This document shows, one piece after another, positions 21,845 through 34,264 of a DNA stretch of 64,000 bases. The position numbers and the translations under genes were made by a program. The notes beneath the pieces are model-generated. The model worked only from the letters and a program-made list of their open reading frames with translations. It ran no database searches and was not told the origin of the DNA. Within the stretch, counting starts at the first letter, position 1; each line of letters opens with the position of its first letter. The DNA is from an uncultured Candidatus Rokubacteria bacterium (GTDB taxonomy: Bacteria > Methylomirabilota > Methylomirabilia > Rokubacteriales > CSP1-6), in contig CAVYTA010000006.1 in assembly GCA_963771355.1 (NCBI GenBank), positions 1,280,001 through 1,344,000 on the forward strand, read 5' to 3'.

Positions 21845-23109
21845 CTAGCCGCGGAGGGTATCGCGGGGCAAGTTGCGCTTGTCGACCGGGCCCAGCGTCA
21901 CGAGGGCGAGCTGCTCCTCGTCCAGCACGCGGTGGAGCAGCGCCTCCACGTCGTCGGGACGGACGGCGTCGAAGGCGGCGAGCATCTCGTCGAGGGTGAG
22001 GAAGGACCCGAAGCGCATCTCCTGCTTCGCCAGCCGGTTCATACGGCTGGAGGTCGACTCCAGCGACAGCATGAGGTTGCCCTTGAGGTGATCCTTGGCC
22101 CGCCGGAGCTCCTCGAGGCTGACGCCGTCCTTCTTGAGCCCGCGCGTCTCCTTCAGCACCGCCTTGAGCACCTTGCCGAAATTCGCCGGCTCGGTGCCCG
22201 CGTACACGTAGAGGACCCCGGTGTCGCGGTAGCCCTGGGTGCCGGAGTGCACGGAGTACACCAGCGCCTGCCGCTCGCGAATTTCCTGGAACAGGCGGGA
22301 CGACATGCTCCCGCCGATGATGTCATTGAGGAGGTACAGCGCGTAACGCTCGGGGGCGATGTCGGCAATGCCGGGAAAGCCCAGCACCATGTGCACCTGC
22401 TCCAGCGGCTTGGCCACCATGTGGATTCCCGGGCGGAGGGTGGGCGGCGCGCCCTCCCGGGGCGTGGTGGGGCGCCCGAAGCCCTCGAAGCTCGAGGCGA
22501 AGAGCTGGTACACCTGCTCGTGCTCGACGTGACCGGCCACCGCCACCGTGATGCGTCCCGGCACGTACTCCTCCTCGAAATGCCGGAGAATGGTGGCCCG
22601 GTCGAACGCCTTCACCCGCTCCCATTGGCCGAGGATGGGGCGGCCGAGCGGATGCCCGGCCCACACCTGCTCCGCGAAGAGATCGTGGATGAGGTCGTCG
22701 GGGGTATCCTCCACCATCTTGATCTCCTGGAGGACCACCGCCTTCTCCTTCTCGATATCCTCCGCCGAGAAGAGCGGCCGCATGAGGATGTCGCTGAGGA
22801 GATCCACCGCCAGGGGAAGGTGCTCGTCGAGCACCCCCACGTAGAAGCACGTGTGCTCCTTCGCGGTGAAGGCATCCATGTGCCCGCCCACCGAGTCGAT
22901 GGCGCGGGCGATCGTCTCCGCGGAGCGGGTGGCGGTCCCCTTGAAGACGAGATGCTCGATGAGGTGGGACATCCCCCCGCGCTCTTCGGGCTCCACGCGG
23001 GAGCCCGTGTCCACCCACACTCCCACCGCCACCGAGCGGACATGCGGCATCGCCTCGGTGACGAGGCGGATGCCGTTGGGGAGAACGGCCTTGCGGTAGC
23101 CCTCCGGCA

Positions 23110-23110
<1 letters not shown>
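21845..23110 (-). CDS. M16-family zinc peptidase
   Basis: Inverted zinc motif HLIEH.VFKGT; GGSMSSRLFQEIRE; usual position downstream of pnp. Confidence 0.95.
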
Positions 23111-25239
<2,129 letters not shown>

Positions 25240-25267
25240 ATGCGTACTGAACCTCCCGCTGAACGTG

Positions 25268-25333
25268 TCGCGGTCAGATGGTGGGCCCGGCGCCGCCGGG
25301 TTTGGTGGGGAAGAACACGATCTGGGACCGCGA
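25268..25333 (-). other. rpsO-pnp intergenic stem-loop (candidate RNase III processing site)
   Basis: Minus strand TCGCGGTC..AGAT ... ATCT-GACCGCGA arms enclosing a CCCGGC/GCCGGG hairpin; same position as the known rpsO-pnp processing hairpin in other bacteria. Confidence 0.5.
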
Positions 25334-25603
25334 TCACTTGCGGATCCCGAGCTTTTCGGCCAATGTCCGGTAGCGTTCCGCGTCCTTCTTGCGCAGGTAC
25401 TCGAGCAGCCCACGGCGCTTGCCGATGAGCATGAGGAGACCCCGCCGGGAATGATGGTCCTTCAGGTGGGTCTTGAAGTGGTCGGTGAGGCCGGTGATCC
25501 GCTCCGACAGTAGCGCGATCTGAACTTCCGGCGACCCCGTGTCCCCATCGTGCGTCTTGTACTGCTCGATGAGGCTCTTCTTCTTCTCGACGGACAGACG
25601 CAT
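25334..25603 (-). CDS. rpsO: 30S ribosomal protein S15
   Basis: [22 protein letters not shown]. Confidence 0.99.
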   Translation of the reverse strand: MRLSVEKKKSLIEQYKTHDGDTGSPEVQIALLSERITGLTDHFKTHLKDHHSRRGLLMLIGKRRGLLEYLRKKDAERYRTLAEKLGIRK

Positions 25604-25747
25604 GACTCACTCCTTCCGGGGGATCCCCCCCCAATCGCCCAGCCCCCAGAGATCTTGCTGCGTCTCCATCGAGGCGGGTTCCAGGGAAATTTCGAGAAAA
25701 TCGGCTGTAGCGGCTTGTACGGTAACACGGCGCGGTGCCGCTGTAAA
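25604..25747 (-). promoter_or_regulatory. rpsO promoter and structured 5' leader (candidate S15 autoregulatory leader)
   Basis: TTTACA-17 nt-TACCGT with TG extension (25747-25719); about 110 nt leader with CCCGCCTC/GGGGGCTGGG and GAGA/TCTC pairing. Confidence 0.55.
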
Positions 25748-25756
25748 GCCTCGGAA

Positions 25757-26707
25757 TCACTCCTCGAGCGGAAGACGCGGGACGGCGGCGCGGGCGGTCT
25801 CGATGTCGGCCATGACCTGACGCTTGAGGGCGTCCACGTCCGGAAACTTCTGCTCGCCCCGGACCCGATCGTAGAACTGCAGGGTCAGGGTCCGGTCATA
25901 GAGGTCGCCCGAGAAATCCAGCAGGAAGGCCTCCACCCAGTACTGGTGCTCGGCGAAGGTGGGGCGGTAGCCGACATTGACCACGGCCCCCGCCGTGCCG
26001 TCCCCGCCCTCGCCGGACCAGCGCGCCCGCGCCACATAGACGCCGGGGGCCAGGATGAGCGGCCGATCGGGCCGCAGGTTGGCGGTGGGGAAGCCGAGCG
26101 TCCGGCCCCGCCCCGCCCCGCGCAGCACCGGCCCGCTGACCGAGTAGGGGTGGCCCAGGAAGAGTCGCGCGCGGGCGGGGTCGCCGTCACGCAGAGCCTC
26201 GCGGATGGTGCTCGAGGACACGGTCTGCCCGTCCACCTGGAGCGGCGGCAGCACATGCGCGGCGAAGCCGTGACGAGCGCCCAGGGTCTGCAGCAGCGCC
26301 GCGGTGCCGCGGGCGTCGCGCCCGAAGGTGTGGTTGTAGCCCACTACCACCTCGCGGGCGTGGAGCGTCCGCACCAGTACCTCCGTCACGAAGGCCTCGG
26401 CCTCGATGCGCGAGAACTCCAGCGTGAACGGGATGACGAGGGTGGCGTCGAGTCCCGCGCGCGCCATCCGGGCGAGGTTGTCCTCGGTGGTGGCGATGGG
26501 CACCGGCGCCCGGTCGGGATGCAGCACCACCGCCGGGTGCGGCTCGTAGGTGCAGGCGAGCGCCGCGACCCCGAGCGCGCGGGCGCGCTCCACGGTGGTA
26601 CGGAGGATCTTGGCGTGAGCCAGATGAATCCCGTCGAAGGCGCCGAGCGCCGTCACCGACGGAGCGAGCTCAGCGGGGAAGGACGGGAGTCCGCGGAGGA
26701 TCCGCAT
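25757..26707 (-). CDS. ribF: Bifunctional riboflavin kinase/FAD synthetase
   Basis: GAFDGIHLAH, VSSSTIR, GRTLGFPTAN, RGEQKF. Confidence 0.97.
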   Translation of the reverse strand: MRILRGLPSFPAELAPSVTALGAFDGIHLAHAKILRTTVERARALGVAALACTYEPHPAVVLHPDRAPVPIATTEDNLARMARAGLDATLVIPFTLEFSRIEAEAFVTEVLVRTLHAREVVVGYNHTFGRDARGTAALLQTLGARHGFAAHVLPPLQVDGQTVSSSTIREALRDGDPARARLFLGHPYSVSGPVLRGAGRGRTLGFPTANLRPDRPLILAPGVYVARARWSGEGGDGTAGAVVNVGYRPTFAEHQYWVEAFLLDFSGDLYDRTLTLQFYDRVRGEQKFPDVDALKRQVMADIETARAAVPRLPLEE

Positions 26708-27599
26708 GGAGGATTCGCTCGGGTCGCACGTGCCCCGCCTGGGCGGCGCCCACGCCGAGCAGCGCCCCGTCGTCACCATAGACGCGCGCGAGCCCGGAGA
26801 GGGTGGGCGGGGCCGGCACCGCCTGGCCGTGGAGGAAGGCGCGCGTGTGCGGCGCGTCGAGGGTCAGCGCGGGCAGCTCGGCCAGCGCGGAGCCCAGCGG
26901 CTGCAGCGCGGGCCAGAGCCCGGCGCCGTCCCGCGCGTCGCGAAGCGTGGCCCAGGGCACCGCCTCCTCCAGTCGATACGGCCCCACGCGCGAGCGCACG
27001 AGGTGCGCGAGCACCGCGCCCGCTCCGAGGACCTCGCCGAGGTCGGCCGCGAGCGTGCGCACGTAGGTGCCCTTCCCGCACCGCACCCGAATCGTCAGCT
27101 CCGGGAGCGCCAGGTCCTCGAGCGTGATGGCGTGGACCACCACGCGACGGGGCTGCCGCTCCACCTCCGCGCCTTCGCGCGCCAGCTCGTAGAGCCGGCG
27201 GCCCTCGTGATGGAGCGCGGAGTACATGGGCGGGATCTGGTCGATCTCCCCCACGAAGCGCGCCAGCGCGGCGGTGACGGTCGCGGTGTCGAGCGGCGGC
27301 ACCGGGCGAGTGGTCAGGACCTTGCCCGACGCATCCTGGGTATCGGTTGTCAGTCCCAGGCGGACCCGCGCCACGTACTCCTTGTCGAGCGCGGCGAGAT
27401 ACGGCGTGAGCTTGGTCCCCTCGCCCACCAGGATGGGCAGGAGGCCGGTGGCGTCGGGATCGAGGGTGCCTCCGTGGCCGACCTTGGGCGCGCGGAGGAG
27501 ACGGCGAACGTGCGCGACCACCTGAAAGGACGTGACGCCGGGCCCCTTCTCGACGGCGAGAACGCCCGAGCGCGGCGCCCCCGGGCGCGCGGCGGTCAC
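26670..27599 (-). CDS. truB: tRNA pseudouridine(55) synthase
   Basis: KVGHGGTLDPDATG, QIPPMYSA, GKGTYVRTL. Confidence 0.97.
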   Translation of the reverse strand: MTAARPGAPRSGVLAVEKGPGVTSFQVVAHVRRLLRAPKVGHGGTLDPDATGLLPILVGEGTKLTPYLAALDKEYVARVRLGLTTDTQDASGKVLTTRPVPPLDTATVTAALARFVGEIDQIPPMYSALHHEGRRLYELAREGAEVERQPRRVVVHAITLEDLALPELTIRVRCGKGTYVRTLAADLGEVLGAGAVLAHLVRSRVGPYRLEEAVPWATLRDARDGAGLWPALQPLGSALAELPALTLDAPHTRAFLHGQAVPAPPTLSGLARVYGDDGALLGVGAAQAGHVRPERILHADPPRTPVLPR

Positions 27600-28582
27600 C
27601 GGGCGGGCGCGGCGAGGGCCTCGCGAACGGCCGCGAGGACGGTGGCGGTGGCCTCGTCGAGCGTGCCGCGCACGGTGCAACCCGCCGCGTTCTCGTGGCC
27701 GCCCCCACCGAAGCGACCCGCGATGCGGTTCACCGCCACCTCGCCCTTGCCGCGGAGGCTCACTTTCACCATCCCGGGCGCCTCTTCCCGCAGCAGCACC
27801 GCCACCTTCACTCCGCCGATGGAGCGCGGATAGGTGACCACGTCCTCGGCGGCCATGAACTCCTCGGAGACCAGCCCGCGGGGCACCGCCAGCCAGGCCA
27901 CCGCGCCGTTGTCGCCCAGCTGGATGCGGCGGAGCAGCTCGCCCAGCTCGTTGAGCGCGCGCGGGGCGCGGCGCTGGTAGAGCCACTCGGTGACGAGCGC
28001 GGGCTCCGCGCCCGCCTGAGTCAGGTCGGCGGCGATGCGGAACGTGCGCGCGGTGGTGTTGGAGTAGCGGAAGGAGCCGGTGTCGGTGTGGATGGCGGTA
28101 TAGAGATTCAGGGCCACCGCGGGCGTGAGCGACAGGCCCAGCCGTCTCAGGAGCTCCCAGATCATCTCGCCGGTGGCGGCCGCGGTCGGATCGATCCAGT
28201 CCACCGTCCCGTAGCGCCGGTTGTCCGGATGGTGATCGATGTTCAGCACCTGGCCGGCGGCATCGCGCGCGCCCTCGAGCAGCCCCTCGGTGCGCCCGTG
28301 GTTGGGGCAGTCGGTGAGGATCACGACCGGGAACGTTTGCGGCGCCTTCGGCCACACCTCCCAGCGGTCCGCGCCGGGGAGGAATCCCAGCACGTCGGGC
28401 ACCGGATGCGGCCCCGCGAAGCGGACGCGCCATCCCTTGTCTTCGAGGGCCAGCCCCAGGCCCAGCAGGGTGCCGAGCACGTCGCCGTCCGGGTGGACGT
28501 GACCCAGGAGGAGGGCTTCGCCGGGCGGTCGCCCGAGCACGTCGAGCAGCGCCGCGGGGGGCGTGGTGGAGAACTCGCCCAC
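27596..28582 (-). CDS. nrnA: DHH-family nanoRNase/pAp phosphatase NrnA
   Basis: HVHPDGD, NIDHH, TDTGSF, GGGGHENAAG. Confidence 0.93.
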   Translation of the reverse strand: MGEFSTTPPAALLDVLGRPPGEALLLGHVHPDGDVLGTLLGLGLALEDKGWRVRFAGPHPVPDVLGFLPGADRWEVWPKAPQTFPVVILTDCPNHGRTEGLLEGARDAAGQVLNIDHHPDNRRYGTVDWIDPTAAATGEMIWELLRRLGLSLTPAVALNLYTAIHTDTGSFRYSNTTARTFRIAADLTQAGAEPALVTEWLYQRRAPRALNELGELLRRIQLGDNGAVAWLAVPRGLVSEEFMAAEDVVTYPRSIGGVKVAVLLREEAPGMVKVSLRGKGEVAVNRIAGRFGGGGHENAAGCTVRGTLDEATATVLAAVREALAAPAR

Positions 28583-28587
28583 GGGGC

Positions 28588-28956
28588 TCAGTCCTCGTCG
28601 TCGGGCGGAGCGTCCGGCGGGCGGAGCCCGGACAGGAGCGCCGACATCCGGGCCGCGTGCTCCATGGAGCGGTCGGGACGGAAGAAGAGCTGGGGCGTCA
28701 CGCGGAGATCGAGGTTCTTCCGGAGCCAGCTCCAGATGAAGCCGCGCGCGCTCTCGAGCGCCTTGAAGGAGGACACCCACTTCTCCTCGGGCCCGAGCAC
28801 GGACACGTAGACCTTGGCCTGACGCAGATCGGGGGTGGCGTCCACCTCGGTGATGGTGACGAAGCCCAGACGGGGGTCCTTGAGCTCCCGCTGGACGAGC
28901 CGGGAGATCTCTTCCTTCATCAGCTGGTTGACCCGTTCGAGCCGTTTCGCCTGCAT
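28588..28956 (-). CDS. rbfA: Ribosome-binding factor A
   Basis: LKDPRLGFVTIT, PDLRQAKVYVS. Confidence 0.97.
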   Translation of the reverse strand: MQAKRLERVNQLMKEEISRLVQRELKDPRLGFVTITEVDATPDLRQAKVYVSVLGPEEKWVSSFKALESARGFIWSWLRKNLDLRVTPQLFFRPDRSMEHAARMSALLSGLRPPDAPPDDED

Positions 28957-28969
28957 CGGTCGCGTGCCC

Positions 28970-29260
28970 TCAGAGTACTTCCACGTGGATGTCGGTGACG
29001 TAACCGTCGAGATTGTCCTCGATGAAGTCGAGGGCCTTGGAGATCACCTCGTTGGCGTGGCGCGAGTCGCCCGACACGCAGGCCAGCGCGAGGGTGGCCC
29101 GTTGCCACAGGTCCTGGTGGTCGACCTCCGCCACCGAGATCTCGAAACGGTGGCGGAGCTTCTCCTTGAGCCCTTTCAGCACGTGCCGCTTGCCCTTGAG
29201 CGACCCGACGTCGGGCAGGTGCAGCTCGACCGTCCCCACCGCCACCCGGGCCCCCGACAT
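28970..29260 (-). CDS. ylxP: DUF503 (YlxP-like) protein
   Basis: SLKGKR, SVAEVDHQDLWQRA; conserved position between infB and rbfA. Confidence 0.92.
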   Translation of the reverse strand: MSGARVAVGTVELHLPDVGSLKGKRHVLKGLKEKLRHRFEISVAEVDHQDLWQRATLALACVSGDSRHANEVISKALDFIEDNLDGYVTDIHVEVL

Positions 29261-29263
29261 CGC

Positions 29264-31856
29264 CTAGAGCGTCCGCGCCACCTCTTCGGTGGTGAACGCC
29301 TCGATGGTGTCGTTGGTCGCCACACCCTTGACACCATCCACGCCGATGCCGCACTCGAGACCCTGCAGCACCTCGCGGACGTCGTCCTTGAAGCGCTTCA
29401 GCGAGCTGATGGTCCCCTCGCCGAGCAGCGTCTCGCCCCGCTTCACCCGCACCCGGGCCCCGCGGACCATCTTGCCCTCGGTGACCGCGCTGCCGAAGAT
29501 CAGGCCGAGCTTCGAGATGGGGAAGACCTGGCGCACCTGGGCGCGGCCGAGAATCGTCTCGCGAATCTCGGGAGCGAGCATGCCCGACAAGGCCGCCCGG
29601 ACGTCGTTGATCACGTCGTAGATGACGCTGTAGCTCCGCACGTCCACCCCGTCGGACTGGGCCTGGCTGGCGGCCTTCGCGTCGGCCTTGACGTTGAAGC
29701 CGAGCACGATGGCGTTGGAGGCGGACGCGAGCATGACGTCGGACTCGTTGACCGCGCCCACCGAGCCGTGGATGACCTTGAGCTTGACCTCATCGGTGGA
29801 CAGGCGCTCGAGCGACTCGGTGAGGGCCTCCACCGAGCCTTGCACGTCGGCCTTGAGGATGAGGCGCAGCTCCTTGACCTCGCCCGACTCGATCTGCTTG
29901 TGCAGCTCCTCGAGGGTGATGCGGGCGGAGCCCTTGCCCTTCAGCTTCTCGCGGTCCGCGCGCACGGTGGCGATCTGCCGCGCCTTGCGCTCGTCGGCGA
30001 CGACCAAGAGGGTGTCGCCCGCCTGCGGGACGCCGGAGAGACCCAGGATCTCGACGGGATCCGCGGGGCCCGCCTGCTGCGTCTTCTTGCCGCGATCGCT
30101 GAACATCGCGCGCACGCGGCCCGACTGCGAGCCCACCACCACCGCGTCACCCTCCTTGAGGGTACCCGACTGGATGAGGGCAGTGGCCACGGGACCGCGC
30201 CCGCGGTCCAGCCGGCCTTCCACGATGACCCCGCGCGCAGCGCGGCTCGGATTGGCCTTGAGCTCGAGGATCTCCGACTGCAGCGCGGTCATCTCGAGGA
30301 GCTGCGCGATGCCGTCGCCCCGCTTGGCCGAGGTGTGGACGAAGATCGTCTGCCCGCCCCAGTCCTCGGGCACGAGTCCGTGATTGGACAGCTCGCGCTT
30401 CACCCGATCCGGTTCCGCGCCGGGCTTGTCGATCTTGTTCACCGCCACGATGATGGGGACCTCGGCGGCCTTGGCATGGTTCACCGCCTCCACCGTCTGC
30501 GGCATCACGCCGTCGTCGGCCGCCACCACCAGGATGACGATGTCGGTGGCCTTGGCTCCGCGCGCCCGCATGGCGGTGAACGCCTCGTGACCCGGCGTGT
30601 CGAGGAAGGTCACCTTGCCGTGGCTGGTCTCGACCTGGTAGGCGCCGATGTGCTGCGTGATGCCGCCCGCCTCCTTCTCCGCCACCCGGGTCTTCCGGAT
30701 GGCGTCGAGGAGCGAGGTCTTGCCGTGGTCGACGTGGCCCATGACGGTGACCACCGGGGGCCGGGACCTGAGCTGTGACGGATCGGTCTCTTCCTCCTCG
30801 AGCACGTCGCCCTCGAGCGAGCGGACCTCCACGTCGAAGCTGAACTTGTCGGCCACCAGCTTGGCCGCGGTGGGATCGAGCACCTCGTTCAAGGTCGCCA
30901 TCACGCCCAGCTCGAGCAGCGCCTTGATCACCTCGCCTGACTTCCGGCGCATCGCCGCGGCCAGCTCGCCCACCGTCACCGACTCGGGCAGCTTGATCAG
31001 CTCGCGCTTCACCTCGACCGGCGGCTCGGGCGGCGGCGGCAGCGGGCGCGTCTCCCCGGGGGCGGCCGGCGCGGCCGCGGGCGGCGCGACGGCGGCGGGC
31101 GCGGCGACGGCCGGCGGAACCGGACGCGCGGGCGGGACCACCACCGGGCGCGGCGGCGAGGGCGGCACGATGCGCGGCGGCGCCGTCATGGGCCCGCGCG
31201 AGGATGGGGGCGCGCCGGGACGCGTCACGCCGGGGGCGGCCGGTGCAGTCGGGACGCCCGGAACCCCAGGGACCCCCGCAGGTCGGCGGGGCGCCATTGG
31301 CGGCGCGGACGGAGCCGGCGGGGCGGCGGCGCGGACGAACGGGTGTCGCCGGCGCGGGCCGGATGGGCTCGACGCGGGACGGCTCGATGCGCGGCGGCTC
31401 GACCTTGGGCGGTTCGATCACCGGCGGCATGGGTACCGGAGACGCGGGCGACACCGCGGCGGGCTCGGCAGGAACCGGGGCGGCCGGCGCGGGACGGAAG
31501 AGGGTGGCGGCGGGCTTCACCAGCTCGACCACTGGCGCGGGCTCCGGCTCGAACTTCGACGCCTTGCCCGGCGCCCCCTTCGCGGCGATCTTGCGCGCAG
31601 GCTTGACCTGCTCCTCGGCGGGCGCCTCGCCCTCCACGGGCGCGGCCTTGGGCTTGGGCACGCGCTTGGGCTTGGCCTCGGGGGCCAGCTCCCGGCCGCG
31701 ACCGAGCTTGGTGCGGAGCTCGTTCGCGGTGGCCACGTCGAGCGGAGTCATGGCGCGCTTGCCCTTGTGGCCCATGCTGTCCAGCGCCAGCAGCAGGTCC
31801 TTGCTGGTGACGCCCAGCTCCTTCGCGAGGTCAATGACCTTCAACCGTCCCGCCAA
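29264..31856 (-). CDS. infB: Translation initiation factor IF-2, frameshifted near 31331
   Basis: [21 protein letters not shown] in one frame; N-terminal [10 protein letters not shown] domain in another frame. One extra base lies in the Pro/Ala-rich linker. Confidence 0.95.
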
Positions 31857-32167
31857 AGCGTCTCTCCTTTACCCGAGTTCCAGGCCGCCAGCATCGCTTC
31901 TGCGCTCTCCGCCGGCGGCTCCGTCGGCCGCCGGAACGCGTGGTCGAGCCGCCCCTTCCGGAGCGCGCCCACCAGGCACTCGAGGGCCGGACACGCATAG
32001 GCTCCCCGCCCCGTGTCCGTCCCGCGCGCATCCCCGCTCCTGCCCCCACTCCTGGCAAGATCCAGGACCGCGCGCCCGTCTCCTCCCCGCGTCAGCCGGA
32101 TCAGCTCCGCCTGAGGCCGAACCCGCCGACAGCCCAGGCAGGTCCGACGGGGCGGCGATTTCGTCAC
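31841..32167 (-). CDS. ylxR: YlxR/RnpM (DUF448) RNA-binding protein
   Basis: PRRTCLGC, LIRL, GRGAYAC..C. Confidence 0.9.
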   Translation of the reverse strand: MTKSPPRRTCLGCRRVRPQAELIRLTRGGDGRAVLDLARSGGRSGDARGTDTGRGAYACPALECLVGALRKGRLDHAFRRPTEPPAESAEAMLAAWNSGKGETLWRDG

Positions 32168-33546
32168 CCCGCTTCGGACCGCGGCACGTCGTCGACGCCG
32201 CCGCCCGGGTCCGCGGGCGCGGCCTCGACCATCGCCTCGTCGGCGCCGAGCTCGAGCGCCGTGACCGGCGGATGCTCGGCCACCCAGTCCGCCGCCGCCT
32301 GGAGAATGGCCTCCGCCTTCTTGTCTCCCAGCCCGGGTACCGCTTCCAGCGCCTCGAGCCCGGCGCGCACGATCCGCGCGGGGGAGTAGAGGCCCGCGTC
32401 CGTCAGGCGGTCCACCATCTGCGGGCCGACGCCGGCGAAGCCGGCGATGGCCTCACGTCCCAGCACGCGCTCCTCCTCGTCCCGGCGGCGCTCCTCCTCC
32501 ACCTCGCCCTCACTCTTGATATCGACCCGCATCCCGGTCAGCTTGGCGGCCAGGCGCGCGTTCTGGCCGCGCTTGCCGATGGCCAGCGAGAGCTGGTTGT
32601 CGGGGACGATGACGAGCACCGAGGCCTGCTCGCCCTCGTCCACACGCTCGGTCACCGTCACCGAGGACACCTTGGCCGGCGACAGCGCGCGTGCCACGAA
32701 GGAGGACGGCTCCGCCGCCCACTCGACGATGTCGATCTTCTCGCCGCGCAGCTCCCGGCTGATCACCTGGATCCGGGTGCCCCGCAGGCCCACGCACGCG
32801 CCGATGGGATCGACATCACGCTTGGTCGACGCGACGGCGACCTTGGCGCGCTCCCCTGCCTCGCGCGCGGCCGCGCGCACCTGCACGATGCCCTCCGCGA
32901 TCTCGGGAATCTCGGCCTCGAAGAGCCGCGCCAGGAAGCCGGGATGGGTGCGCGAGAGGAGGATCTGGGGCCCCTTGGCCGTCTTCTTGACCTCCAGGAC
33001 GTAGGCGCGCACCCGGTCGCCCGGGTTGTACCGCTCGCCGGGGATCTGCTCGCGCTCGGTGATGACCCCCTCCGCCTTTCCCAGCTCCACGATCACGTTG
33101 CGCTTCTCGATGCGGTGGACCACGCCGCGGACGATCTTGCCTTCCTTGTCGATGAAATCGGAATAGATGGCGTCGCGCTCGGCGTCGCGCACCCGCTGCA
33201 GGATCACCTGCTTGGCGGTCTGCGCGGCGATCCGCCCGAATTCCTGGGGCGCCAGCTCCACCTCGATCTCGTCGTCCAGCTCCGCGGCGGCATTGAGCGC
33301 GCGGGCCTCCGCCAACCGGATCTCCAGCTTGGGATCGCCCACCGCGTCCACGACCTTCTTGCGGGCGAAGACCTGGAGGGCGCCGGTGTGGCGGTCGAGG
33401 TGCATCCGCACGTTGTCCGCCACCCCCATGGTCTTCTTCGACGCCGAGAGCAGGGCAGACTCCAGCGCATCGAAGAGAACCTCGACTCCGATCCCCTTCT
33501 CGTTGCCGATCTGCTGGATCACGTAGATGAGCTCTTTGTTGATCAC
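32164..33546 (-). CDS. nusA: Transcription elongation factor NusA
   Basis: FGRIAAQTAKQ, ILLSRT, DPIGACVG, SLAIGKRGQNARLA. Confidence 0.98.
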   Translation of the reverse strand: MINKELIYVIQQIGNEKGIGVEVLFDALESALLSASKKTMGVADNVRMHLDRHTGALQVFARKKVVDAVGDPKLEIRLAEARALNAAAELDDEIEVELAPQEFGRIAAQTAKQVILQRVRDAERDAIYSDFIDKEGKIVRGVVHRIEKRNVIVELGKAEGVITEREQIPGERYNPGDRVRAYVLEVKKTAKGPQILLSRTHPGFLARLFEAEIPEIAEGIVQVRAAAREAGERAKVAVASTKRDVDPIGACVGLRGTRIQVISRELRGEKIDIVEWAAEPSSFVARALSPAKVSSVTVTERVDEGEQASVLVIVPDNQLSLAIGKRGQNARLAAKLTGMRVDIKSEGEVEEERRRDEEERVLGREAIAGFAGVGPQMVDRLTDAGLYSPARIVRAGLEALEAVPGLGDKKAEAILQAAADWVAEHPPVTALELGADEAMVEAAPADPGGGVDDVPRSEAG

Positions 33547-34034
33547 GACCGACCCTGCTTCCTTGGAAACAACACCGGCACCAGACGCGCCTTGTCGAGC
33601 AGCCGCCGCGGCACCGCCTGGGTCACCTGACCCGCTTCCGCGACCGTCAAGGCTTCCGGCGTCACCGCCACCAGAACCCCCGCCAGCTCACGCCGGCCCT
33701 CCAGCGGCTCCCTCACCCAGCATCGCACTTCCTTGCCCACCGCCCAGGCGAACTCCCGATCCGACTTGAGCTCGCGGTCGAGTCCCGGGGACGAAACTTC
33801 GAGGTCGTACGGCTCGGAGATGAGCCCGGATACGTCCAGCACATCGCCCATTTCTCGGCTGAAGCGCTGGCAGTCGGCGATCCCGACACCACCGGGCTTG
33901 TCCACGTAGAACCGCAGGACCCAGCGCCGACCCTCGCGACGCCACTCCGAATCCACCAGGGTCAGACCGTGCGCTTCGAGCACCGGCGATGCCACCGCAT
34001 CGATCCGGCTGAGCCGCGCTTCCAGATCGCTCAT
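33543..34034 (-). CDS. rimP: Ribosome maturation factor RimP
   Basis: LRFYVDK.GGV..DC, YDLEVSSPGLDR. Confidence 0.97.
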   Translation of the reverse strand: MSDLEARLSRIDAVASPVLEAHGLTLVDSEWRREGRRWVLRFYVDKPGGVGIADCQRFSREMGDVLDVSGLISEPYDLEVSSPGLDRELKSDREFAWAVGKEVRCWVREPLEGRRELAGVLVAVTPEALTVAEAGQVTQAVPRRLLDKARLVPVLFPRKQGRS

Positions 34035-34059
34035 TGCCAGATCGCCCCCTCGTCTTCAG

Positions 34060-34086
34060 AAAAAAAAGTGGGCAGAGCCCACTTTT
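34060..34086 (-). terminator. rimP-leader attenuator/terminator hairpin
   Basis: Minus strand AAAAGTGGGC-TCT-GCCCACTTTTTTTT, between the promoter and rimP; fits the described rimP leader GGGc...gCCC motif. Confidence 0.85.
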
Positions 34087-34092
34087 CACGAC

Positions 34093-34121
34093 ACTTTAGC
34101 ATACGCCTCCCACCCTCGCAA
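34093..34121 (-). promoter_or_regulatory. Sigma70 promoter of the rimP-nusA-infB operon
   Basis: TTGCGA-17 nt-TAAAGT with extended -10 TG. Confidence 0.7.
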
Positions 34122-34264
34122 GAGGCGGGGGACGTCCCCGGGGGGCCGCGCCCCTCAGGGGGTGGCGACAACGCCGGGGGGAGGCGGTCGACCCGCGAGG
34201 TCGGCCTCGATCCAGGGCCGGAGGCGGGTCCCGGACCACCGGCGCGCGGTCACCACGGCCGAGG

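Noticed and set aside
31320..31345. Programmed ribosomal frameshift in infB (also considered for 2214 and 59082)
   Set aside because: No slippery heptamer or recognisable stimulatory signal; a sequencing indel is simpler.
31020..31560. Low-complexity Pro/Ala-rich DNA as a repeat element
   Set aside because: It is the ordinary disordered linker of IF-2.
34122..34264. GC-rich gap after proS as a tRNA or ncRNA
   Set aside because: No cloverleaf, GTTCGA T-loop or CCA end; only short G/C-run pairings.
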